Shown here piece by piece: positions 54,670 to 64,000 of a stretch of DNA of 64,000 nt. The stretch comes from Eledone cirrhosa. Its lineage: Eukaryota. The notes beneath the pieces are model-generated. The model saw nothing but the letters and a program-made list of their open reading frames with translations. It was not told the origin of the DNA and made no database searches. The DNA lies in the NCBI GenBank assembly GCA_964016885.1, contig OZ024750.1, positions 35,402,001-35,466,000 of the forward strand. Direction: 5' to 3'. Position 1 is the first letter of the stretch. Each line of letters opens with the position of its first letter. The position numbers were made by a program, and so were the translations under genes.

Positions 54670-56100
54670 ATCTGTCGTCTTTCATGCGCATCATGTGACC
54701 ATACCAACGTAATCTTCTCTCAAGTAATCAGCATCTGATCCCTCTTATTCCTAATTTCTCACTTAGTTCATTTATGTTTTACCGTTCATGTATATTACTA
54801 TTACACAGCCAATGGAGCATGCATGCTTCATTCCTTTCCAGTCTGTGCAGGTCTTCTGCACACAATTTCCATGTCTCACTGCCATGTAACATAGCTGTTT
54901 GTATACAGGCATCATACAATCTGCCTTTCATATTTAGAGAGAAACCTTTAGCAGCCAATAGTGGTATAAGCTCTCTGAACTTTTTCCATCCCATTCTGAC
55001 TCTGGCGACTGTACTTTCAGAGCACTCTCCACCACTGCTGATTTTGTCACCCAGGTAACGGAAAGTGTCCACTATTTCTATAGAACCATCTGGGCAATAG
55101 AAGGAGCTAGTATCCGATAGGCACTTGCTACTTATTGCACCTGAGCATCGGCCACATATAAAATCTACATTTTTAGATAGCTTGCCTGTGATCCCACTAC
55201 ATCTTTTATGTACCCATAGTTTGCATTTGGAACATAAAATGAAATTTCTACTTACTGCTTTCCTATATAGTGAGCATGGCCATTTCTCAGAGGGCACCTG
55301 TGCCCTATTTTCCTTTCTACATACAAGAACTTTAGTCTTAAACAAGTTAACTTTAAGGCCTGTTGATTCTAAGCCATGCTTCCATGTTTGGAATTTCTTC
55401 TCTAGTTCAGCCATAGATTCAGCTATGAGAGTTAAATCATCTGCATATAGAAGTTCCCATGGGCAGCCAGTCTTAAACTCCTCTGTTATAGCCTGTAAGA
55501 TGATAATAAACAGGAGGGGGCTAAGGACAGAGCCTTGATGAACACCAACTTTTATGCTAAATTCTTCACTATATTCATTGTTAATTCTAACCTTGCTGAC
55601 TGTACATGGCTTATATAGCTCTCACAAGCCATTCATCTAGTCCTAGTTTTCTAAGGGACTACCAGATAATGGACTGTGGGACTCTGTCGAAGGCTTTCTC
55701 CAACTCAACATACTTCCAAGCCTGTTTTTTGGCTTTGATTGTCTCCTCTACCTTACTGTTCCACCACCAAGTTACTCTCCTCCTGCCTATAGGTCTGCTC
55801 CAGCCGCAGATTTCATCTGTTGCCTTCAGCAGGTTAACTTTCAGGAATTCCCACTGTTCCTCTATGTTGTACGTCTCTAATTGCTCTTCCTTACTGTCAA
55901 AAGCATCAAGTAATATGCTTTTAAATTTATCACTGGCTGTGGGCACCTTCAACTTCCATATTCTTCTCCTCAAGGTAGTCCTCCTCTGTTGTCGAGTATG
56001 TCTAGTCCTGACTATGATGTCACTAACTTCTTGGCTATGTTGGGAGGTACAATCATGGGGGGGACTTAGTGTTTACAACAGACACACTGTCACGTCTTCT
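54670..56100 (-). mobile_element. RTE LINE, internally deleted and 3'-truncated (APE end + RT + PHD)
   Basis: ORFs 55659-55973 (RRRIWKLK..WWWNSKV..AWK fused to LEKAFDRV) and 54779-55414 (KVNLFKTK..WVHKRC..FRYLG). Confidence 0.92.
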
Positions 56101-56107
56101 AATTTAA

Positions 56108-56256
56108 TTTCAACGGCTATTTCTGGACTCTGGAGTCCAGAAATAGCCGTCGAAACGGCTTGAGCTCTGCTGTTGGGGTTAAACATTTTCCTATTACCCA
56201 CTCTACTACCCTAAGTATTGAGTACTCTGGTGCGTTATGGTCCATCTGGTTCCTTT
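56108..56256 (+). mobile_element. family P element, copy 2
   Basis: ACGGCTATTTCTGGAC-TCTGGA-GTCCAGAAATAGCCGTC-GAAA-CGGC.. followed by the family body CCTATTACCCACTCTACTACCCTAAG.. Confidence 0.8.
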
Positions 56257-56260
56257 TACG

Positions 56261-56381
56261 ATCTGAGTTCAAATCCCGCCGAGGTTGACTTTGCCTTTCA
56301 TCCTTACGGGGTCGATAAAATAAAGTACCAGTAATACACTGGGTAATTGCTGGCCTTGTGCCAAAAGTAGAAACAATTATA
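56261..56381 (+). mobile_element. SINE family B, 3' half
   Basis: Family consensus match. Confidence 0.9.
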
Positions 56382-56384
56382 TAT

Positions 56385-57671
56385 ATCATCATCATCATTG
56401 TTTAACGTCCATCTTCCACGGTTGCATGGGTTTCAACGGGAGTTTTCCCACTTGAGGCAAGAGTGGTTGTCTTGCTCGTATAGGCCTGTCTAGCGGATTT
56501 TCTACGGCTGGATGCCCTTCCTAACACCAACCACGTTTACAGTGAGGACTGGGAGGTTTTACCGTGTTACCTACACGGCCACATTACAGCGTGGACTGTG
56601 TGTTTTTTTGTCGTGACACCTACACAACCTCATTTGTTTCGGACTGGATGTTGTGGCACCAACATAACTTTAAATTGAAAAGGGTGGTGTGGATGGGGTG
56701 GGGGTAGTGGGACGGGTGTGTATTTTGTTAGAGGTGCCTACTGACTGTAGTAGGTTTCACTTTGTACTTAGGTAAGGCGGGTCTTCTGTATTACTGTGTA
56801 GCGCCAAAGATCTTGGTCCAGTGACATTGTCTTGGAGAGGTGTAAGTGTGTGAGGTCGGAATTTATCAGGTCGTCCCAGGTTTTTCTGGGTCTGCCTACT
56901 CCGTGGCTACCGACTATTTTTATTGCCCTGCACTTTTTTATACAGCTGTCGTCTTTCATGCGCATCACGTGACTGTACCAACGTAGTCTTCTCTTGAGTA
57001 AATAACATCTGATCCCTCTTATTTCTAATTTTTCCCTTAGTTCGTTTATGCTTTGCCGTTCATGTATATTACTATTACACATCCAGCGGAGCATGCAAGC
57101 TTCGTTCCTCTCCAGTCTGCGTATATCCTCTGCACACAATGCCCAGGTCTCACTGCCATGCAACATTGCTGTTCGTATGCAGGCATCATACAGCCTGCCT
57201 TTCATTTTTAGAGAGAACCCTTTAGCGGCTAATAGTGGTAAAAGCTCTCGGAACTTTTTCCATCCAGTTCTGACTCTAGCTACTGTACTTTCAGAGCACC
57301 CTCCACCACTGCTGATTTTGTCACCCAAGTAACGGAAGGTGTCCACTATTTCTATAGAACCATCTGTGCAATGGAATGAGCTAGTATTCAGTGGGCACTT
57401 GCTGCTACTTATTGCACCAGAGCACCGGCCACATATAAAATCTATATTCTTAGTTAGCTTACCTGTGATCCCACTACATCTTTTATGCACCCATACTTTG
57501 CATTTGGGACATAAAATAGAGTTTCTGCCTACTCCTTTCCTACACACTGAGCATGACCCTTTCCCGGATGGGACCGGTGCCCTATTTTCCTTCCTACAAA
57601 CTAGAACTTTAGTCTTAGACAGGTTAATTTTAAGGCCTTTTGATTCTAGGCCATGCTTCCATGTTTGGAAT
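56385..57671 (-). mobile_element. 5'-truncated RTE LINE with intact C-terminus and 3' UTR
   Basis: ORF 56768-57547 (PHD, FRYLG, RWYSHV, GRPRKTW, DQDLWR) plus 3' UTR and (GAT)n. Confidence 0.95.
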
Positions 57672-57776
57672 ATGTGTCACCAATCAATAAACATAATGAA
57701 GGCTTAACAAATCATCCTTGTATTATTATATATATATATTTGTTTTATATATTATTTATATACACACACACACACG

Positions 57777-57833
<57 letters not shown>

Positions 57834-57836
<3 letters not shown>

Positions 57837-59660
57837 ATTGTCGGGGAGAAGTGTGTACTTAACGATGACGGCATACTTGCCATCACCAACGCCGATAAGA
57901 AGGTAGCTTGGAAGTGTCACTATGAAAGGCTACTAAATGAGGAGAATAAATGGGAGAAAGACAGTCTCCCCCACATTGACCCAATAGAGGGACCAGCAGT
58001 GTTAGTCGAAGGTAGTATAATAAGTAAGGCAATCAAAGATATGAAGACAGGCAAGGCGACTGGGCCTTCGGAAATAGTTGCCGAGATGCTGAAGGCATCT
58101 GGTACGGTGGGACACACCATGGTCACCCGGATAGTCAACCAAGTCATACAGAATGGGGTTGTTCCGAAGGACTGGCGTAGCAGCATTATCGTTAACTGTT
58201 ATAAGGGTAAAGAAGATGCCCTAGATAGGAGTAACTATAGAGGCATTAAATTAATCGACCAGGTCATGAAGGTCACGGAAAAAGTAATAGCGCAACTAAT
58301 CAGAGAGAGAATTGATCTAGATGAAATGCAGTTCGGGTTTGTGTCAGGAAAAAGTACCACAGACGCTCTTTTCATTGTACGACAACTACAGGAGAAGTAC
58401 CTAGCTAAAAGTAAACCCCTATACTTAGCTTTCGTCGACTTGGAGAAGGCCTTCGACAGAGTCCCCCGTTCCATTATCTGGTGGGCTCTTAGAAAACTAG
58501 GTGTTGATGAATGGCTTGTGAGAGCTATACAAGCCATGTATAAAGAAACAGTCAGCAAGGTTAGAATTAACAACGAATATAGTGAAGAGTTTAGTGTAAA
58601 AGTTGGTGTTCATCAGAACTCTGTTCTTAGCCCCCTACTATTTATTATTGCCCTCCAGGCTATAACAGTGGAGTTCAAGACCGGCTGCCCATGGGAACTC
58701 CTATACGCAGATGATCTAACGCTCATAGCTGAATCAATGGCCGAGCTAGAGAAGAAATTCCAAACATGGAAGCACGGCCTAGAATCAAAAGGCCTTAAAA
58801 TTAACCTGGCTAAGACTAAAGTTCTAGTTTGTAAGAAAGAAAATAAGGCGGCGGTCCCCTCCGGGAAGTGGCCATGTGCAGAGTGTAGGAAAGGCGTAGG
58901 TAGAAATTCCATTTTGTGTCCCAAATGCAAAGTTTGGGTGCATAAAAGATGTAGTGGGATCACAGGTAAGCTAACTAAGAACATAGATTTTACATGTGGC
59001 CGGTGTTCTGGGGAAATAAGTAGCAGCAAGTGCCCACTGAATACTAGCTCTTTCAACTGCGCAGAGGGTTCTATAGAAATAGTGGACAGCTTCCGTTACC
59101 TGGGGGACAAAATCAGCAGTGGGGGAGGGTGCTCTGAAAGTACAGTAGCTAGAGTCAGAACTGGGTGGAAAAAGTTCAGAGAGCTTATACCACTATTAGC
59201 TGTTAAAGGGTTCTCCCTAAAAATGAAAAGCAGGCTGTACGATGCCTGCATACGAACAGCAATGTTGCATGGCAGTGAGACCTGGGCATTGTGTGCAGAG
59301 GATATACGCAGACAAGAGAGAAACGAAGCTTGCATGCTCCGCTGGATGTGTAATAGTAATATACGTGAACGACAAAGCATAAACGAACTAAGGAAAAAAT
59401 TAGAAATAAGAGGGATCAGATGTTGTTTACTAGAGAGAAGGCTACGTTGGTATGGTCACGTGATGTGCATGAAGGACGATAGCTGTATAACAAAGTGCAG
59501 GGCAATAAAGATAGACGGTAGCCACGGAATAGGCAGACCCAGAAAAACCTGGGACGAGCTGATAAACTCCGACCTCACACACTGACACCTCACCAAGACA
59601 ATGTCACTGGACCGAGACCTTTGGCGGTACTCAGTAATAGAGAAGACCTGCCTTACCTAA
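57834..59660 (+). pseudogene. RTE ORF2 remnant: reverse transcriptase with an inserted PHD-type zinc finger
   Basis: GKATGP, NYRGIKL, QFGF, FVDLEKAFDRVP, GVHQNSVLSPLLF, LYADD, KTK, FRYLG; premature TGA at 59583-59585, natural stop at 59658-59660 by comparison with the 56768 copy; no 5' end or APE domain. Confidence 0.92.
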
Positions 59661-60048
59661 ATACAAAGTAAAACCTACTACAGTCAGTAGGCATCTCTAA
59701 CAAAATACACCCCCGTCCCACCACCCCCACCCCGTCCACCGCCCCCTTCTATGTAAAGTTATGTTGGTGCCACACCATCCAGGCCGAAACAAATGAGATC
59801 GTGTAGGTGTCACGACAAAAAAACACACAGTCCACGCTGTAATGTGGCCGTGTAGGCAACACGGTAAAAACCTCCCAGACCCACACTGTAAATGTGGTTG
59901 GTGTTAGGAAGGGCATCCAACTGTAGAAAACCTGCCAGACAGTCCTATGCGAGCAAGACAATCACTCTTGCCTCAAGTGGGAATACCCCCGTCCAAACCC
60001 ATGCAAGCGTGGAACACGGACGTTAAACGTTGATGATGATGATGATGA

Positions 60049-60051
<3 letters not shown>
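57834..60051 (+). mobile_element. 5'-truncated RTE-clade LINE (young copy)
   Basis: Frame open from 57834 (DIVGEKC..) through the RT motifs to the 3' UTR and (GAT)n; bounded by (TA)n on both sides. Confidence 0.95.
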
Positions 60052-60140
<89 letters not shown>

Positions 60141-60147
<7 letters not shown>

Positions 60148-60441
60148 AACAAAAGATGGTTAAAAGAGTTCCATGTATTTTATTATGCGCATTTCAAAAA
60201 CAAATATCATCATGCAATAATATTTGTGTTTTCATCAGATAAAATCAGATAATATCTGATAAAAACACAAATATTATTGGATGATGATATTTGTTTTTGA
60301 AATGCGCATAATAAAATACATGGAACTCTTTTAACCATCTTTTGTTCTTATATATTATGTATACTCCAGTCCTACAAACTGTAGAGTGCTTCTCATCCGA
60401 TATCTGCATTGCTTTATTGTACTACAATAAAACTCACCTCC

Positions 60442-60445
<4 letters not shown>
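60141..60445. mobile_element. palindromic Penelope-like/retrozyme-like element between (TA)n tracts
   Basis: Near-perfect ~100-bp inverted arms (about 60141-60241 and 60254-60354), each a hammerhead sequence. Confidence 0.8.
60177..60245 (-). ncRNA. type I hammerhead ribozyme (all core nucleotides present)
   Basis: AUUUUAU-CUGAUGA-[AAACACAAAUAUUAU..AUGAUAUUUGUUUUU]-GAAA-UGCGCA-UA-AUAAAAU: 7-bp perfect stem I, ~15-bp stem II, palindromic AUGCGCAU stem III, AUA cleavage triplet. Confidence 0.75.
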
Positions 60446-60512
<67 letters not shown>

Positions 60513-60517
<5 letters not shown>

Positions 60518-60653
60518 AACCAGTAAGACCCCGACAGCTGAGCTCAAGCCGTTTCGACGGCTAATTCTGGACTATTACCCACTCTACTACCTCAAGTATT
60601 GAGTACTTTGGTGCGTTATGGTCCACCTGGTTCCTTACCACATTTCCTTCGTT
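60513..60653. mobile_element. family P element, copy 3 (inverted 5' arm joined to body)
   Basis: TAGGAAC..GCCGTTTCGACGGCTAATTCTGGAC joined to TATTACCCACTCTAC..CCTTCGTT; (TA)n on both sides. Confidence 0.8.
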
Positions 60654-61147
60654 ATATATATATATATATATATATAAAGAGAGAGGGGGTGGGAGTTCTT
60701 GTAGGCGTGTGGCCATGATCATATTATGTTTGACAGAGAGATCTTGTACAGATTTCACTTTAAGCGTCAATAAAATTAAGCACTTTTTATAAAAATTACA
60801 AAGAAAAAAAGAAGACTTTTCTAGATAATATTTTGGCAACAGTTGAAGGAAGAACTTGATCTGGATGAGAAAATGTGTTAATGTTTGTAAAAGATGAAAG
60901 TGGGATGGTAGTTATATAAACACTGTACTGGTAACTAATTAAAACAGATCTGTCTACCTATTTATATTGAAGTGAAGTGTACTTGTGGAAGATATTATTT
61001 TGCATGGATCTAATAAATACATTATTTGATTTCTGAGAACCAGAACTAATTTTGGCCCTTGAGATGTATAATGTAATAACATTGCTTACAAACTGTTGAT
61101 TGATCTTCCATCTTTCACAAAAACTTCTCTCTCTCTCTCTCCCTCTC

Positions 61148-61202
<55 letters not shown>

Positions 61203-61392
61203 CTTCCCTTTCACAGTCTCTCTCTCTTCTATTTCGCCCTCTATCTCTCTCTCTCTCTCTCTCTCTCCTTTCTTTCACTCTCATTCTCTCTCATTAGCCC
61301 CCCCCCCCCGCCCCTCTCTCAAGTTTTGGGGGAAATCTTTAGATTGTACAATTTATGAATCATGTCTTCCTTTAGCTGATTAGTTTGATGAA

Positions 61393-61768
61393 TAAGCTAT
61401 TGGTCATCAATAGGCTATTGGTCATCTGATTGTGAACCAAGGTGGCCTGAAACAGACTTTGGACATCAATAGGCTATTGGTCATCTGATTGTGAACCAAG
61501 GTGACATGAAACAGACTTTGGACATCAATAGGCTATTGGTCATCTGATTGTGAACCAAGGTGACATGAAACAGACTCTGGACATCAATAGGCTATTGGTC
61601 ATCTGATTTTGACCGAGGGTGGTCTGAAACAGTCTGGACATCAATAGGTTATTGGTCATCTGGTTGTTTGTGAGTCAAGTGGCCTGAATCAGACTCTGGA
61701 CTTCAATAGATTGTTGGTCATCTGATTGTTTATGAGCCAAGGTGGCCTGAAACAGACTGGACATCAAT
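61393..61768. repeat. ~59-bp minisatellite, about 6 copies
   Basis: Unit CATCAATAGGCTATTGGTCATCTGATTGTGAACCAAGGTGACATGAAACAGACTTTGGA. Confidence 0.92.
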
Positions 61769-61902
61769 GTTTTTCAAATGACCATCAATATTATAGTAAT
61801 ATCCAATATCATTTGGGATATCTGAAATTCAAAGATAAACTGTTCTTATAGGATTATCTAGACAGAAGTGATGGGAATAAAGAAATAATCTTAAAAACAT
61901 GA

Positions 61903-62309
61903 CTAAACCTTTAACATTTAAACCGGCCATATCTGGCCTGAATTCTCTCACCCCTTTCTGTTCAAACTGGCTGTAACCGGCCATTCATACTGACAAGTTA
62001 TTGTCCTCAAAATAAATAATTGTTTCTACTTTTGGCACAACGCCAGCAATTGCCCAGTGTATTACTGGTACTTTATTTTATCGACCCCGTAAGGATGAAA
62101 GGCAAAATTAACCTCGGCGGGATTTGAACTCAGAATGGCAAGGGCCGTAACTCTACGCGTCAAAGCATGGCGTCCGACCCTCTACCGATACTGTCAATCC
62201 TCAAAATAAATAATATCAAAATATCATAGATTTGATATTACATCAGATAAAGTCTTTACTGTGAAAATACAATAGTAAATATAGAGTAATGTAAATGCTA
62301 AAGGGTTAA
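61903..62309 (+). mobile_element. TTAA-type MITE, copy 3, interrupted by a SINE
   Basis: Degenerate left end TAAACCTTTAACATTTA, right end TAAATGCTAAAGGG-TTAA; colinear with the 44119 copy. Confidence 0.8.
62021..62197 (-). mobile_element. SINE family B with a 17-bp TSD
   Basis: TCCTCAAAATAAATAAT at 62004-62020 and 62198-62214. Confidence 0.92.
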
Positions 62310-63143
62310 ACAGGACAGAAAAAATATATTTTGTTTCAAATTGACTGAAAGAAATTTAATGAAGAAATCAATGAAAGAAATACCAATAAAAGATACCAGA
62401 TGCTGGGGTGTATGTCTGTATTTGGAGTGAAACATGGAAGAATAATATAGCGACATAGTGGTTCTCCCTTATATGAAATATAACTACACTAGAATTATTT
62501 TCCATAAGCTGAAGTGTATGTGTATATATGTGTGTGCATGTGTGTATGTGGATGTGCATAGATTTATATGTATGAGTATATAAATATAAATGTGCAATCA
62601 CAGACACACTTACAAAAATACACACTCACTCACAGACATACATTCACACAACCACACACACACATTCACACAAACACACACATGCACATAGAATCACACA
62701 CAGCATAGTTTTTTCACCATCCCTTTCCTTCCATTTACACACATATACATTCACGCAGACAGCAGACCCAAAGAGAGGAGTAGTATGAGGTAGTCAAACT
62801 ACTCCTCTCTCTTTACGTGTTGTGACAGAATTGCAGAAATTTATATTTAGAAAGGGATGCTGAACAGTTCCTGGCTTTGGAGGATCATTTAATTAGAAAT
62901 ATTTCATGGAGTGGAACTTTGATCCTCAATAGGGATTGTAGGTGATTAATAGTTAGCTAGAAAATGAGTAATTCGAAATCTCATGGTTCAGATAGTGTAC
63001 AAGGTTTTTTGATGTGGTCTTATCAAGGTTGTATGTGCGTTGAAGTTCTCTCTCTCTATCACTCGCTGCCTCCGTTTCTCTCACTCTCCCCATCTCTCAC
63101 TATTATATAAAAATGGAAGCCACAAATAATAATAATAATAAAA

Positions 63144-63517
63144 ATAATTGTTTCTACTTTTGGCACAAGGCCAGCAATTATACCAGTACATTACTGGTAC
63201 TTTATTTTATCAACCCCGTAAGGATGAAAGGCAAAGTTAACCTCGGTGGGATTTGAACTCAGAATGGCAAGGGGTGTAACTCTATGCGTCAAAGCATGGC
63301 GTCCGACCCTCTACCGATACTGCCATAATAATTGTTTCTACTTTTGGCACAAGGCCAGCAATTACCCAGTACATTACTGATACTTTATTTTATCGACTCC
63401 GTAAGGATGAAAGGCAAAGTTAACCTCGGCGGGATTTGAACTCAGACCGTAAAGGGACGTAACTATGCTAGAAAGCATGGCGTACAACCCTCTACCGATA
63501 CTGCCAATTCACCGCCT
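63144..63517 (-). mobile_element. two tandem SINE family B copies (63144-63325, 63328-63517)
   Basis: Consecutive consensus matches within (AAT)n. Confidence 0.92.
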
Positions 63518-63523
63518 TTAATG

Positions 63524-63561
<38 letters not shown>

Positions 63562-63636
63562 GATAATCTTTTCTTTACTACAGATATATTTATTTTATTT
63601 GTTCCTTCCCTGTATATGGTGTAGGTGTTTCCTATA

Positions 63637-63638
<2 letters not shown>

Positions 63639-63712
<74 letters not shown>
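63639..63712. repeat. palindromic (AAT)n(ATT)n microsatellite
   Basis: About 12 AAT units directly followed by about 12 ATT units. Confidence 0.95.
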
Positions 63713-64000
63713 GCTCAACATTTGCTCCTACTTGTATACACTGTGTAGGTGTTGATTATTGTAAAATAAAAACGATATCTCTTCCAATAAAGTCTCACAT
63801 AAAAAGTACTTTTCTCTCAGAATATTAACAATTCTAAACAATGAAGATGTTTGCATGGAATTGATATTTGTTCTTTTTGTTTCTAGTTTGTCTGAGGTAG
63901 AATGAAATCATTTAGAGAATGGAATACTTACAACAATTGCTAATACCACTCATATCCCCCTTCAGCACAGTTTGGATAACTACAATCTATGTTCTGAGGA

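Noticed and set aside
61393-61768. Tandem hammerhead (retrozyme-like) array, given CTGA..GAAACAG motifs
   Set aside because: The core reads CTGATTG rather than CTGANGA and there is no UH after the putative stem III

Overview
A 64-kb AT-rich, repeat-saturated eukaryotic (metazoan) window with no recognisable host protein-coding gene, rRNA, bona fide tRNA, operon or CRISPR array. The repeat content (huge TA/CA/GATA/AAT microsatellites, tRNA-derived SINEs, RTE LINEs) is what I would expect of a coleoid cephalopod (Octopus-like) intron or intergenic region; the taxon is an inference. Contents: (i) about 10 minisatellite/satellite arrays, including a 5.6-kb 75-bp array and a 6-kb 25/21-bp array; (ii) many copies of an RTE-type LINE whose RT domain carries an in-frame PHD-type C4-H-C3 zinc finger, the best copy at 57834-60050; (iii) a GC-rich, 5'-truncated L1/Tx1-type LINE (29535-31416) plus a second copy of its 3' end; (iv) two abundant tRNA-derived SINE families; (v) a non-autonomous Helitron and a TTAA-flanked piggyBac-type MITE family; (vi) most interesting, several unrelated short non-coding elements sitting in (TA)n tracts that carry hammerhead-ribozyme motifs and are folded back into palindromes (Penelope-like pLTR/retrozyme-like remnants). 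These include an apparently complete type I hammerhead at 60177-60245 (-). Nearly all ORFs in the supplied track are microsatellite or antisense-TE artefacts. All coordinates and pairings were read by eye; no searches or folding programs were run.
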